A stretch of 64,000 bases of DNA from Alphaproteobacteria bacterium (GCA_028289285.1 JANQRF010000007.1:127696-191695); one strand, 5' to 3'. Counted from the stretch's first letter, positions 18,249-29,148 are shown. Numbers and translations: made by a program. The notes: generated from the sequence alone by a model not told the origin.

Positions 18249-21200
18249 TGGCGCCCATCATCGATGCGGCGATGGGCCGCACGCGCACGGTTCTTTCCAT
18301 TCTTATTCTGATTTTGCTGTCGGGAAGTTATGCCTATAACGCGATCCCGAAGGAATCCAGCCCGGATATTGATATCCCTATTATTTATGTCTCGATGTTT
18401 TTGGAAGGCATTTCCCCGGATGATTCCGAGCGCCTGCTGATCCGCCCGATGGAGCAGGAAATGGCGTCTATTGAAGGGCTCAAAGAAATGCGCGCCGCGG
18501 GCTATACGGGCGGGGGCTATGTGTTGCTTGAATTTCGGGCAGGCTTTGACAAGGAAAAAGCGCTGGATGATGTGCAAAAAGCCGTCGATCAGGTGCGCCC
18601 GGAGCTTCCCGAAAGTATGGATAGCGATCCGAAAGTTTCTGAAGTTAATTTTTCTCTTTTCCCCGTTCTTGTGGTGACGCTGTCCGGGGATGTACCGGAA
18701 CGTACGCTGGTACGGCTTGCGCGGGGGCTTCAGGATAAAATCGAAACCCTGCCCACCGTACTGGAAGCCAATATCGCAGGCGACCGCGAGGAGCTGGTTG
18801 AAATTCTGGTCGATCCGCTTTTGATTGAAAGTTACGGGCTATCCGGGCCTGATGTCATTCAGTTTTTTCAGCGCTCGAACCGGCTTGTCGCGGCTGGCGA
18901 TCTGGATACGGGTGTCGGACGTTTTGCGATTAAAGTGCCGGGCCTGTTTGAAAGTGTTGAAGATGTGATGGAGATGCCGCTGCGCACGCAAGGCGATTCC
19001 GTTATCAAAGTCAAAGATATCGCAGAAATTCGCCGCACCTTTAAAGACCCTGAAAATTTCGCCCGCATTAACGGGGATCGCGCAGTTGCGCTCAATGTCG
19101 TTAAACGCGTGGGCGAAAATATCATTGAAACGATTGAAGCTGTCCGCGAACTCGTGGAAGCTGAGCAGGAATTCTGGCCGGAAAATGTGAAAATCAATTA
19201 TACACTTGATCAGTCTGATGATATCCGCACGATGCTCAAAGACTTGGAAAACAACATGATCAGTGCGGTTTTGCTGGTGATGATTGTTGTTGTGGCGGCC
19301 TTGGGGCTGCGCGCTGCCGGGCTGGTCGGGATTGCTATTCCGGGCGCGTTTCTCTCCGGTGTGATGCTGCTTTTCATCATGGGATTAACGGTGAATGTCG
19401 TTGTTCTTTTTGCGCTTATTCTCTCTGTCGGGATGCTGGTGGATGGCGCAATTGTGGTCACAGAGCTTGCCGACCGGAAAATGGCGGAAGGCCTGCCCAA
19501 AAAAGAAGCTTACGCAATCGCCGCCAAGCGCATGGCCTGGCCGATCACGGCCTCTACGGCGACCACGCTGGCAGCCTTTGCACCATTGCTCTTCTGGCCG
19601 GGCATTGTCGGGGAGTTCATGAAATATATGCCGATCACGCTGATTGCCGTGCTTGGCTCGTCTTTATTCATGGCAATGATTTTTGTGCCTGTTTTAGGCT
19701 CTCTTTTTGGCAAACCGGGCGCTGTGAATGCGCAGAATTTAGCTAATCTGAAGGCAACAGAAGATGGAGACATTAAAAGCCTTAAAGGGTTCACAGGCTG
19801 GTATGTGTCTTTACTTGAAAAAGCGCTCAAGATTCCTGGCTTTATTATGATGGGCACGGTGGCTTTATTGATTGGCATCCAATGGTATTACGCCACGCAC
19901 GGGCGCGGGGTGGAGTTCTTTCCTAATATCGAACCCAAAGCAGCAACGGTACTTATTCATGCGCGTGGAAATCTATCTGTCTTTGAACAGGATATGCTGG
20001 TCAAAAAAGTTGAAAGCCGGATTCTTGATCTGGACGGGATAAAGGTTTTCTACACCGAGGCCGGTGAGCAGGATACGCAAGGCTCTGAAGATGTCGCTGA
20101 AGATGTGATCGGGAAAATCACCATTGAATTTACAGACTGGCAAACCCGAAAACCTGCCAATGATATCATGCAGGAAATCCGCGACCGGACGGCGGATATT
20201 GCCGGTATCCAGGTGGAAACGCGCGAACAGGAAGAGGGCCCGCCGTCTGGCAAGGCCGTGCAGATTCAGATCGGCAGCCGTTTTCCTGAGTTAATACCGG
20301 ATACGGTTGAACATGTTCGGCGTGCGCTGGAAGAGGTCGGTGATTTTATTGATGTCGAAGATAGCCGCCCGTTGCCGGGGATTGAATGGGAGCTTCAGGT
20401 GGACCGGGCACAGGCTTCCAAATTCGGGCTTGATATTTCGATTATCGGCGATTATGTGCGGATGGTCACAAACGGTCTTGAAGTGGCTGAATACCGCCCG
20501 AATGATTCCGATGATGAAATTGATATTGTGATCCGTCACCGCACGGCGCAGCGTACGATCGATCAGTTAGATGAAGTGCGTATTGATACAGGGCAGGGCT
20601 CCGTGCCGATTACGAATTTTGTCACCCGCGTGCCGCAGGATGCAGTCGGGCTCGTCAACCGGACCGATCAGCGCCGGGTGATGACGGTAAAAGCCGATCT
20701 GCCGCCCGGGATCAATATTGATTCCAAGGTAACGGCTATTAAAGACTGGATGGCAAATAACCCGGATGTTTTTGATCCGCGTGTGGAAATTACCTTCAAA
20801 GGAGAAGATCAGGATCAACGTGAAGCGCAGCAGTTTTTAACCAAGGCCTTTATTATTGCGCTGTTTATGATGGCGATCATTCTGGTCACGCAGTTTAATA
20901 GTTTTTACAGCGCGTTTTTAATCCTTTTTGCCGTGGTCATGTCGACCATTGGTGTGATGATCGGGCTTTTAATTACGCAACAGCCTTTCGGGATTATCAT
21001 GTCAGGTGTCGGGGTGATTGCACTGGCCGGGATTGTTGTGAACAATAATATTGTTCTGATTGATACGTTCGATCATTTGCGCCAGAAATTCGATGTGCGT
21101 GAAGCGATCTTACGCACGGGCGCGCAGCGTTTGCGGCCTGTCCTGCTGACGACAGTCACAACCGTGCTTGGCTTGATCCCGATGGTGCTGCAGGTGAATA

Positions 21201-21427
21201 TTGATTTTGTCGGGCGGGAAGTGTCTGTCGGCGCGCCATCGACTCAATGGTGGGTGCAGCTTGCGACCGCCGTTGTCTTTGGTTTAAGCTTTTCAACGGT
21301 TCTGACACTGATTGTGACGCCCTCTGCGCTCATGCTGCGGGAAAAAGCAGCACGTTTGCGCAGCTGGATTGCAGAAAAAATAAAATCACTTTTTGTCAGG
21401 AAAAAAACGGTTTCAGAGTTTGAATAA
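18245..21427 (+). CDS. RND efflux transporter permease (AcrB/AcrD/AcrF family)
   Basis: At 1060 aa it has the 12-TM, two-large-loop architecture, with typical segments GIAIPGAFL... and LRPVLLTTVTTVLGLIPM. No outer-membrane factor gene is adjacent. Confidence 0.93.
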   Translation: MMAPIIDAAMGRTRTVLSILILILLSGSYAYNAIPKESSPDIDIPIIYVSMFLEGISPDDSERLLIRPMEQEMASIEGLKEMRAAGYTGGGYVLLEFRAGFDKEKALDDVQKAVDQVRPELPESMDSDPKVSEVNFSLFPVLVVTLSGDVPERTLVRLARGLQDKIETLPTVLEANIAGDREELVEILVDPLLIESYGLSGPDVIQFFQRSNRLVAAGDLDTGVGRFAIKVPGLFESVEDVMEMPLRTQGDSVIKVKDIAEIRRTFKDPENFARINGDRAVALNVVKRVGENIIETIEAVRELVEAEQEFWPENVKINYTLDQSDDIRTMLKDLENNMISAVLLVMIVVVAALGLRAAGLVGIAIPGAFLSGVMLLFIMGLTVNVVVLFALILSVGMLVDGAIVVTELADRKMAEGLPKKEAYAIAAKRMAWPITASTATTLAAFAPLLFWPGIVGEFMKYMPITLIAVLGSSLFMAMIFVPVLGSLFGKPGAVNAQNLANLKATEDGDIKSLKGFTGWYVSLLEKALKIPGFIMMGTVALLIGIQWYYATHGRGVEFFPNIEPKAATVLIHARGNLSVFEQDMLVKKVESRILDLDGIKVFYTEAGEQDTQGSEDVAEDVIGKITIEFTDWQTRKPANDIMQEIRDRTADIAGIQVETREQEEGPPSGKAVQIQIGSRFPELIPDTVEHVRRALEEVGDFIDVEDSRPLPGIEWELQVDRAQASKFGLDISIIGDYVRMVTNGLEVAEYRPNDSDDEIDIVIRHRTAQRTIDQLDEVRIDTGQGSVPITNFVTRVPQDAVGLVNRTDQRRVMTVKADLPPGINIDSKVTAIKDWMANNPDVFDPRVEITFKGEDQDQREAQQFLTKAFIIALFMMAIILVTQFNSFYSAFLILFAVVMSTIGVMIGLLITQQPFGIIMSGVGVIALAGIVVNNNIVLIDTFDHLRQKFDVREAILRTGAQRLRPVLLTTVTTVLGLIPMVLQVNIDFVGREVSVGAPSTQWWVQLATAVVFGLSFSTVLTLIVTPSALMLREKAARLRSWIAEKIKSLFVRKKTVSEFE

Positions 21428-21429
21428 AG

Positions 21430-21966
21430 TTATTCTTCAATAACTTCAAATTCGACAACTTCACGGCCCTTTGTAACATCGCGGATGGTCATTTTGACTT
21501 TCTGGCCGGGGATGAGAATGGACAGATCATTGCGCTCCAGGCAGCTTTTATGCACGAAGACATCTTTCTGACCGTCTTCAGGAATGATAAAGCCAAAGCC
21601 TTTATCCGGCTTATACCATTTCACTGTCCCGTCCATGGTAATCAGATCTTTTTCATCTTCCGGATCAAGACGGAAGGAAACAGGCGCAGGTTCATTGCCC
21701 TGTTCAATGAGCTCCATGACATGCGTGACAAGCGCCCCTTTCGGGCCTTTGACGACGCAGCAGGACAATATTGCTCCTTCGCCGAGTTCACTCACACCGG
21801 CATCCTGCAAGGTTGTGATATGCACGAACGCATCACATGGATCCTCTTCAGGCACGACAAAGCCGAAGCCTTTTGTTGCATTAAACCATTTCAGCTTGAC
21901 GCGAACCGGAGGAGAGGATGGTTCGGGATACTGCTCAAGAAGCGCTTCCATACTCAAAGCGGGCAT
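21430..21966 (-). CDS. cold-shock protein with two tandem CSDs
   Basis: There are two cold-shock domains: [16 protein letters not shown] and [18 protein letters not shown]. At 178 aa this is the two-CSD type known in alphaproteobacteria. Confidence 0.9.
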   Translation of the reverse strand: MPALSMEALLEQYPEPSSPPVRVKLKWFNATKGFGFVVPEEDPCDAFVHITTLQDAGVSELGEGAILSCCVVKGPKGALVTHVMELIEQGNEPAPVSFRLDPEDEKDLITMDGTVKWYKPDKGFGFIIPEDGQKDVFVHKSCLERNDLSILIPGQKVKMTIRDVTKGREVVEFEVIEE

Positions 21967-22189
21967 TCCTTATACAAATTAAAACGAGTAAGATAAGAGT
22001 ACATAGATAACATTACATAGAACTCGAATAGATACGTTAATAAATATTAACCTATTTTAAAAAGGACAGCAACGGGCCTGTTTTTTATTTATGTCATTTA
22101 TTTTTGTATGCCTGCCTGTCCGGTCTTTCTAGGCAAACGCGCTTGCCGCAGGTACACTCCTATACGCATATGATGAAGTGAGGTTTGGT

Positions 22190-23878
22190 ATGACAGAGTC
22201 TGAACAAAAACCCTGGATTTCTACTTACCCGGAAGGCATACGCTGGGATGCTGATATACAGGCACGCCCGGTTTTTGACATGCTGGATGTGACGGCTGCG
22301 CAGCATGGGGACCGTCCTGCTTTTAATTTTTTAGGATTTCAGCATACATGGGCGGAAATTAATGATCTGTCGATTAAACTTGCTGCGGGCCTGCAACAGC
22401 TCGGGGCGGAGAAGGGCAAAAAAATCGGGATCTTTTTGCCGAACTCGCCTTATTTCGTGATCGCTTACTACGCCATTATGCGCACCGGCGCGACGGCTGT
22501 GAATTACAATCCGCTTTATGCGGAAAGTGAGCTTGCCAACCAGATTGAAGATAGCGAAACAGATATCATAATCACGGCGGACCTGAAGGTCCTCTATGAC
22601 AAGATACATAAGATGCTGCATGATACGCGGCTCAACCATCTGGTGATGTGTAAGTTCACCGATATTCTAAAACCGCCGAAGAATATTTTGTTCGAACTGT
22701 TTAAAGGCAAAGAGCTTGCACAGATTGAGCACCCCAAACGCGTTACCTGGTTTCACGATATTGTCGAGGCAGATCATGCCTTTACGCCTGCTGTAATTGA
22801 TCCGGTCAATGATATTGCGCTGCTGCAATATACGGGCGGAACGACGGGTATTCCAAAAGGCGCGATGCTCACTCATCAAAATATCGTCGCCAATACAGAG
22901 CAATCGGCCATGTGGCTTGGCGGGGATATGCCCGCAGGGCAGGGAAGGATGCTGGGCGTGCTCCCGTTTTTCCACGTCTTTGCGATGACAGCGGTCATGA
23001 ATTTTTCTGTGCGGCTTGGCTTTGAAATTGTTGCCCTACCGCGCTTTGAACTGGATCAGACCTTAAAGCTTATTCATAAAACAAAGCCACATTATTTCCC
23101 GGCCGTGCCCGCGATTTATAACGGCATTAACAATCACAAGAAAGTGCATAAATATGATCTGACCTCACTGCGGTACTGCATTTCCGGCGGTGCAGCGCTT
23201 CCCGTTGAGGTGAAGAAATCCTTTGAAGATAAAACAGGCTGCGTGGTTGTTGAAGGCTATGGCCTTACTGAAAGCTCACCTGTTGTGTGTTGTAATCCAG
23301 CCGTTGGTGAAAACAAGCCCGGGTCGATTGGCCTGCCGCTGCCGCAAACAGAAGTTTATATCGCCCATGAAGTCTATGATGATAAAGACCTCACCGGGGA
23401 TGAGCGCGGCGAACTCTGTGTGCGCGGGCCCCAGGTCATGAAAGGATACTGGAACCGCGCTGATGCGACCGCCGAAACCATCCGTGATGGCTGGCTCCAT
23501 ACGGGTGATGTTGCCGTGATGGATGAAGACGGCTATGTCTATATTGTCGACCGGATCAAGGATATGATCATCACCAACGGCTATAATGTCTATCCGCGTA
23601 ACATCGAAGAAGCGATTTACCTGCACCCGTCCGTTGAGGAATGTATCGTCGCAGGCCTGCCGGATACACAGCGCGGGGAAATCGTCAAAGCCTGGATTAA
23701 AATCAAGGACGACCGGACTCTGACGATTGAAGATCTCAAGGAGTTTCTCAAAGATAAACTCTCCCCGATGGAGATGCCCAAGCGCATTGAATTCCGCGAT
23801 CAGCCGCTGCCCAAAACCATGATCGGTAAGCTTTCCCGTAAGGATATCGTCGCTGAAGAGCTTGAGGGTAAAAGTTAA
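22190..23878 (+). CDS. long-chain fatty-acid--CoA ligase (AMP-binding family)
   Basis: The AMP-binding motif LQYTGGTTGIPKGAMLTH and the GYGLTE and GWLHTGD motifs are present. The start is at ATG 22190, with GAGG 7 nt upstream. Confidence 0.9.
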   Translation: MTESEQKPWISTYPEGIRWDADIQARPVFDMLDVTAAQHGDRPAFNFLGFQHTWAEINDLSIKLAAGLQQLGAEKGKKIGIFLPNSPYFVIAYYAIMRTGATAVNYNPLYAESELANQIEDSETDIIITADLKVLYDKIHKMLHDTRLNHLVMCKFTDILKPPKNILFELFKGKELAQIEHPKRVTWFHDIVEADHAFTPAVIDPVNDIALLQYTGGTTGIPKGAMLTHQNIVANTEQSAMWLGGDMPAGQGRMLGVLPFFHVFAMTAVMNFSVRLGFEIVALPRFELDQTLKLIHKTKPHYFPAVPAIYNGINNHKKVHKYDLTSLRYCISGGAALPVEVKKSFEDKTGCVVVEGYGLTESSPVVCCNPAVGENKPGSIGLPLPQTEVYIAHEVYDDKDLTGDERGELCVRGPQVMKGYWNRADATAETIRDGWLHTGDVAVMDEDGYVYIVDRIKDMIITNGYNVYPRNIEEAIYLHPSVEECIVAGLPDTQRGEIVKAWIKIKDDRTLTIEDLKEFLKDKLSPMEMPKRIEFRDQPLPKTMIGKLSRKDIVAEELEGKS

Positions 23879-23999
23879 TGTTGATCAACATGTGTGGACC
23901 AACATTTTTTGCAAGCTTTTGAAATACCAAATAAAAAAGTGGACTAAGTCCACATGAAATTTTTTTTACCCTGTTCTGACCAACTTCTCGTTCCCCAAA

Positions 24000-24015
24000 T
24001 GTTCCACGTGGAACA
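24000..24015. repeat. perfect 16-bp palindrome TGTTCCACGTGGAACA
   Basis: Read directly from the sequence. It lies 141 nt upstream of the phosphatase ATG in an AT-rich spacer. Confidence 0.6.
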
Positions 24016-24156
24016 AATTACAGAAACTAATTTTACATAATCATAAAAGTGGAGTGCGAAGGGGCCGTGTGTATAAAGGAATATTATCCTATTTTATTCA
24101 GAATCACAAGATGCTATTTGTTGACATATTACAAATATAAAAAGCTGGTAAAAAAT

Positions 24157-25011
24157 ATGACGTATATTCTGCTTGATGAAAATAACACTGGCCGTGATTT
24201 CGTGGTCGGCGATATTCACGGTTGTTTTGAATCCCTGGATGGAGCTCTGGCAACTGTTGATTTTGATCCTGAGAAAGATCGTTTGATCTCCATTGGGGAC
24301 CTTATTGATCGCGGACCTCAATCAGAACAGTGTCTTGAATTTTTAAACCGGCCATACACATATACAATTCGTGGAAATCACGAAGATATGTTTCTTCAAT
24401 TATATGCATCCGGGGATCTTGAACGTTATGTATCAGGCACCCTGGACGCAGCAATGTATATGAGGCTTTCTATGAATGGTCTGGGCTGGATTCAAGATAT
24501 CAGCAAAGCCGAGATTGAAAGCATGTATGAAGCCTTTAAAGCTCTGCCGATTGCCATTGAGATTCCAACAATTCGCGGTTCTGTTGGTTTTGTTCATGCA
24601 GAGGTTCCTGCAGGTTTAGACTGGCAAGATTTTATAGGGCGCATTCAAGCAGGGGATCAAAGCCTTATTCAGGAAGCCTTATGGGGAAGAAAACGTATTA
24701 AAGCGAATGATCAGTCAGGGGTAGAAGGTATAGACCGTATTTTCTTAGGTCATACGCCTCAAAAAGAAGGCGTTAAAAGATTAGGAAATTGCTATTACGT
24801 AGATACAGGCTGTGTTTTTGATCATCGGGATGATGGTGACTCACCTTGTGGCTTAACTATTGCGGACATAAGAGCAAAAACAGTTATATTTGCAACCGAA
24901 GATGAATCAGGTATTGACGGTCATATCAATGCGGTAACACAGATTACAGACGAACCCTTTGGCGATTACGCTGGCCCTTCGCATTCAGAGCCCAAACCAA
25001 TAAGATTTTAG
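24157..25011 (+). CDS. metallophosphoesterase, PrpA/PrpB / lambda-phosphatase-like Ser/Thr phosphatase
   Basis: VGDIHGC, GDLIDRGP and RGNHE motifs occur in the canonical order. The start is taken at MTYILLDEN (ATG 24157); the ORF track starts at 24049. Confidence 0.85.
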   Translation: MTYILLDENNTGRDFVVGDIHGCFESLDGALATVDFDPEKDRLISIGDLIDRGPQSEQCLEFLNRPYTYTIRGNHEDMFLQLYASGDLERYVSGTLDAAMYMRLSMNGLGWIQDISKAEIESMYEAFKALPIAIEIPTIRGSVGFVHAEVPAGLDWQDFIGRIQAGDQSLIQEALWGRKRIKANDQSGVEGIDRIFLGHTPQKEGVKRLGNCYYVDTGCVFDHRDDGDSPCGLTIADIRAKTVIFATEDESGIDGHINAVTQITDEPFGDYAGPSHSEPKPIRF

Positions 25012-25067
25012 GGGCGTAAAAGATTTCTGTGTAGTAGACGCACGGGTGGTGTATCTGATTAAGAATT

Positions 25068-25712
25068 TCATTCTAAATCAGATTTTTGGTCAATATTCCT
25101 GAGAGACTGTCGCCGCAGCAATAAAAACACAGCCAGCAAACCGTTATTGAGAACAAGCGCGGCCGGGGCGAGCGCCGTAATAACCGAGTAATTCGCAAGC
25201 GCGACAATAGACAGTCCGTGCCTGAAAAAATTTATACCATATAAATAAACGGGCTCTTCATACGGCCTGTCCCACGATTTTCGAAAGGTTGGAATAAAAG
25301 CCAAAGCATGCGCCGTCGTTAAAAGGATAACGGAATAAAATGCACTCTCCGTGAAAACCCATAAAGGTATTGCAACCATGCTCAGCACGAATACGAACTT
25401 GTCTATTGTTTTGATATTTTTAAAACCATTTTTAAGAGACGCCAGAATAATAAAAAAGCAAATGACAGAGACAACCCCGTTCATCCAGGCCCCCGGCCCG
25501 GCGCCGTCCGAAAGCTGTGCAAAGAACAGGATTGTTGAAATAGAGACCCAGACAATCCAGCTAAAAGGGTGCGGCGTCAGCTTTCCTTTAAGGGTATCAA
25601 TTAAGTACATGCCATAGAGCACAATGCTCATAAGCACGGTAATTGCACCGATAATTTCATTTGAATATAAGGCTAATTCTTTAATTGCTGCTCTCCGTGA
25701 GAGGGGTATCAA
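25068..25712 (-). CDS. hypothetical polytopic membrane protein
   Basis: About 6-7 hydrophobic helices and no recognised family. It overlaps the upstream gene's end by 32 nt, so the true start may be internal (for example ATG 25631). Confidence 0.5.
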   Translation of the reverse strand: MIPLSRRAAIKELALYSNEIIGAITVLMSIVLYGMYLIDTLKGKLTPHPFSWIVWVSISTILFFAQLSDGAGPGAWMNGVVSVICFFIILASLKNGFKNIKTIDKFVFVLSMVAIPLWVFTESAFYSVILLTTAHALAFIPTFRKSWDRPYEEPVYLYGINFFRHGLSIVALANYSVITALAPAALVLNNGLLAVFLLLRRQSLRNIDQKSDLE

Positions 25713-26748
25713 CGCCCAGTTCTTCAGCGGTTTTGTTCAATGTGTCAATCAGGCCCCAGCTTAAAGGAATACCGTTTTCAAGACGCTCTTTATAGGTTGA
25801 TTTGGAGCGGTCACCGGCAATACGAATAGATGTGCCCGGTTCAACCGGTTCTGCGGCGCGGACAAAATCAATAAATTTTTCAGCCTGCGTACGCATATGA
25901 TCCAGACCGCAAAAATGCTGCGGGTTCCAGAGCGTCACAATGACATTGCTGACAGCTTCGCCCTGCTCACCTGCGGGGGAGGTTAAACCGCCGGACAGGC
26001 CTGCGCTTAACATTTCCACGATCATAGACAGGCCGAACCCTTTATATCCCTGCGCGCCGCCCATGGGGAGAATCGCTCCGCCATCAAAAAAAGCCTGCGG
26101 GTCGGTGGTAAGGACGCCGTTGACATCCTGGAGCACGCCTTCGGGTGCCTGCAGACCGGCAGCGCGGGCAACGCTGAGTTTTCCGATCGCAACGGCGCTG
26201 GTGGACATATCCAGGCTAAAAACATCTTCGTGCGATAGCGGGATGCCGAATGCAACCGGATTGGTGCTGGTACAGGCGGTTTTTGCCTCCGGCGGGGCAA
26301 CCGCGAACAGCGTTCCGTTATCATTATTCATGATGATGGCTGCGCGTCCGCGCCGCGCCGCATATTCAGACCATTCTCCAAGCCGTCCGGTATGGCCGAT
26401 ATTTCGCGCGGCGGCGCAGACGATCCCCTGATGTTCCGATTTTTCAATCAAATGATCGAGAATACGGGGCATTTGAACCTGTCCCAAACCGATATCCGCA
26501 TCAATGACACAGCTTGTATCATTCTCTTTTTTAAAAATAAGGTCCGCACCGCTTTTCACCACATTGCGTTTACGCATGTCTATATAATGCGGGACACGAA
26601 TTACCCCGTGGGAGTCATGTCCGCAGAGATTTGAAAGGATAAGACTTTTGGCAGTCATATCAGATTCTTCTGATGTAAACCCGTCTGCCTGAAGAAGCGC
26701 GGCGGCAAATTTTTCAAGCGTAGAGGGGTTTATATATATGTCTTTCAT
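25681..26748 (-). CDS. Ldh_2 family (malate/L-lactate/sulfolactate dehydrogenase-like) oxidoreductase
   Basis: LCGHDSHGVIRVPHYI and the later GGAQGYKGFGLSM motif are typical of the Ldh_2 family. Length is 355 aa. Confidence 0.8.
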   Translation of the reverse strand: MKDIYINPSTLEKFAAALLQADGFTSEESDMTAKSLILSNLCGHDSHGVIRVPHYIDMRKRNVVKSGADLIFKKENDTSCVIDADIGLGQVQMPRILDHLIEKSEHQGIVCAAARNIGHTGRLGEWSEYAARRGRAAIIMNNDNGTLFAVAPPEAKTACTSTNPVAFGIPLSHEDVFSLDMSTSAVAIGKLSVARAAGLQAPEGVLQDVNGVLTTDPQAFFDGGAILPMGGAQGYKGFGLSMIVEMLSAGLSGGLTSPAGEQGEAVSNVIVTLWNPQHFCGLDHMRTQAEKFIDFVRAAEPVEPGTSIRIAGDRSKSTYKERLENGIPLSWGLIDTLNKTAEELGVDTPLTESSN

Positions 26749-29142
26749 TTACCCCCGCAGGATCGCCCCGGTTTTGGCGGCGACGGCATCGACGATTTTT
26801 TTGCCGATGCCTTCGATTTCGGAATCGGTCAGGGTTTGTTCGACAGGCTGTAGTGTCACGGCGATGGCCACGGATTTCTTACCGTCCTCAACCCCTTTGC
26901 CCTGATAGATATCAAAGACGCTGACATCTGTGATGAGGCTTTTCTCTGCACTTTTGGCTGCGCGGGTAAGGGCATCGGCCTCGACATTTTCATCTACCAA
27001 AAAGGCGAAATCGCGGGTGACGGGTTGAAGCGCGGAGGCTTGCAGGAGCATGCGCGCCGGACCTTTCTTTTTGGCTTCAGGAATATTGTCGAGATAAATT
27101 TCAAACCCGCTTGCAGGGCCGTCTATATCCATCTCTTCTAAAACCGCCGGGTGAATTTCCCCGAACGTGGCAAGCACGTTTTTCCCAAGGCGCATGGAGG
27201 CGGAGCGTCCGGGATGATAATGCCCCGGCGCATCACGCGTGATCTGAAGATTGCCTGCAGGCGCGCCGGCAGCTTCCAGGGCTGCAATGGCATCCGCCTT
27301 GGCATCATACAAATCAATCGTGCGGTGTGTCTCTGCGCCGCTCCAGTGCCGGGGGCCGGTTGCGCCATGGCGCAAACCGGCGGCCACCATTTTCTGCCCG
27401 TCCGTTTTGACGGTTTCAAAAACAGGGCCGACTTCAAAGAGAGCGCTGTCGGCAAAACCGCGATCTGCATTGCGCTGCGCGGCGTCTAAAAGATTTGGCA
27501 AAATAGACGGGCGCATTTGATCGAGATCGGATGAGATCGGGTTGGTGAGCGTCAGTGCCCCTTCATTTTTATTATCATTTGATCCGAAATGGGCGGCCTT
27601 GTCTTTGGGCATAAAGGACCATGTCACGGTTTCTTTCATGCCGCGGGCGGCCAGTACATTACGGGCTTTGCGCATACGTGCAGATAAGGTCGTTTCGGCG
27701 ACATGTCCGGTAGCATCAGAACTGCGTACGGACACGGCCTCGATATTGTCATAGCCGTAAATGCGGGTAATTTCCTCGACAAGATCTGCGCGGCCTTCAA
27801 TGTCCCCGCGCCAGCTTGGCGGCATGACTTTGTTTTTTGTCACCGTGAAGCCGAGGCTCTCAAGAATTTTAATCTGCTCTTTTTCGGCAATATCAATGCC
27901 GCCAAGACGTTTTGTGTAGGCAGGGTCAAAAGTGATTGTGCGGTCTGTGTCAACGGCTTTGCCGGCTTCGACAATTTCGGATGCCTCGCCGCCGCAAAGC
28001 TCCTGGATCATGGCAACGGCCAGATCAACGGCCGGGCGCGTAAAAGCCGGGTCAAGCCCGCGTTCATTGCGGTAACGCGCATCGCTTTCAATCTGAAGCG
28101 TGCGGCCTGTTTTGGCACTTAAATAGGGGTCGAAATAGGCACATTCCAAAAATACATTCACGGTGTCTTCCGTGCAGCCCGTCGGCACAGCGCCGACAAT
28201 CCCGCCAACGGCCTGCACGCCTGTATCATCACAGACAACAGTCATACCGTCTTCGAGCGTATAGGATTTATCATTGAGTGCTTCGATGGTTTCGCCTTTT
28301 TTGGATTCGCGGACATGAATGTTTCCGTTCAGCTTATCCGCGTCAAAAACGTGCAGCGGACGGCCAAGGCCGATGGTGAAAAAGTTCGTGATATCGACGA
28401 GGGCCGAAATGGGCCGCAGGCCGATGGCTTTTAATTGGCGTTGCAGCCAGTCCGGGGAGGGACCGTTTTTCACGCCCTTAATGTAAGCACCGCAAAAATG
28501 CGGGCAGCCTTTAAGGAATTGAATGTCAACATCGACAGGGCTTTTGAAGTTGCTTTTAACAGGTGTGATTTTTTGTGTCTTTAACGTGCCAAGCCCGGTA
28601 GCGGCAAGGTCACGCGCCACGCCGCGCACGCCCGTGCAATCAGCGCGGTTAGGCGTGATCGCAATATCAATCACCGGATCATCCATGCCGAAAATTTCTG
28701 TGAAAGGCGTGCCGGTTTTTGTATCTTCGGGCAGATCAATAATGCCTTCATGGTCGTCCGATAACCCCATTTCACGCTCAGAGACCAGCATGCCGTTACT
28801 TTCCTGACCGCGAATTTTGCCTTTCTTCAGCACCATGTCGGTGCCTGGAATGTAAGACCCTTCAGGTGCGAACACACCTTTCATGCCTGTACGCGCATTG
28901 GGCGCGCCGCACACGACCTGAACTTTCTCTTTACCCGTATCGACAATACAGACTTTGAGGCGGTCGGCATCGGGATGCTGCTCGGCTTTTTCGACATAGG
29001 CAACTTTAAAGGGCGCAAATTTTTCAGCCGGATTATCTACGCCCTCCAGTTCCAAACCAATCGCGGTCAGCTTATCTGTGATTTCATTTAACGAAGCATC
29101 TGTTTCTAAATGCTCCTTTAGCCAGCTGAGTGTGAATTTCAT
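26749..29142 (-). CDS. pheT: phenylalanine--tRNA ligase beta subunit
   Basis: MKFTLSWLKEHL is the canonical PheT N-terminus. tRNA-binding, B3/4, B5 and FDX-ACB domains appear in order. Length is 797 aa. Confidence 0.95.
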   Translation of the reverse strand: MKFTLSWLKEHLETDASLNEITDKLTAIGLELEGVDNPAEKFAPFKVAYVEKAEQHPDADRLKVCIVDTGKEKVQVVCGAPNARTGMKGVFAPEGSYIPGTDMVLKKGKIRGQESNGMLVSEREMGLSDDHEGIIDLPEDTKTGTPFTEIFGMDDPVIDIAITPNRADCTGVRGVARDLAATGLGTLKTQKITPVKSNFKSPVDVDIQFLKGCPHFCGAYIKGVKNGPSPDWLQRQLKAIGLRPISALVDITNFFTIGLGRPLHVFDADKLNGNIHVRESKKGETIEALNDKSYTLEDGMTVVCDDTGVQAVGGIVGAVPTGCTEDTVNVFLECAYFDPYLSAKTGRTLQIESDARYRNERGLDPAFTRPAVDLAVAMIQELCGGEASEIVEAGKAVDTDRTITFDPAYTKRLGGIDIAEKEQIKILESLGFTVTKNKVMPPSWRGDIEGRADLVEEITRIYGYDNIEAVSVRSSDATGHVAETTLSARMRKARNVLAARGMKETVTWSFMPKDKAAHFGSNDNKNEGALTLTNPISSDLDQMRPSILPNLLDAAQRNADRGFADSALFEVGPVFETVKTDGQKMVAAGLRHGATGPRHWSGAETHRTIDLYDAKADAIAALEAAGAPAGNLQITRDAPGHYHPGRSASMRLGKNVLATFGEIHPAVLEEMDIDGPASGFEIYLDNIPEAKKKGPARMLLQASALQPVTRDFAFLVDENVEADALTRAAKSAEKSLITDVSVFDIYQGKGVEDGKKSVAIAVTLQPVEQTLTDSEIEGIGKKIVDAVAAKTGAILRG

Positions 29143-29148
29143 AATCTA

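Noticed and set aside
21967-22177. Structured 5' UTR or thermosensor upstream of the two-CSD cold-shock gene, including an ACAG...CTGT hairpin flanked by A/T runs (about 22064-22090)
   Set aside because: The stem is only 4-5 bp and no convincing extended structure was seen by eye. A long csp leader is plausible but unsupported here.
23939-23970. Terminator after the fadD-like gene (GTGGAC-TAA-GTCCAC followed by a T-run)
   Set aside because: The stem is only 6 bp with a 3-nt loop, and the T-run starts 6 nt after the stem. This is too weak to list as a feature.
24121-24150. TTGACA hexamer as the -35 element of the phosphatase promoter
   Set aside because: No acceptable -10 element lies at 16-19 nt spacing, and the hexamer is only 30 nt from the ATG.
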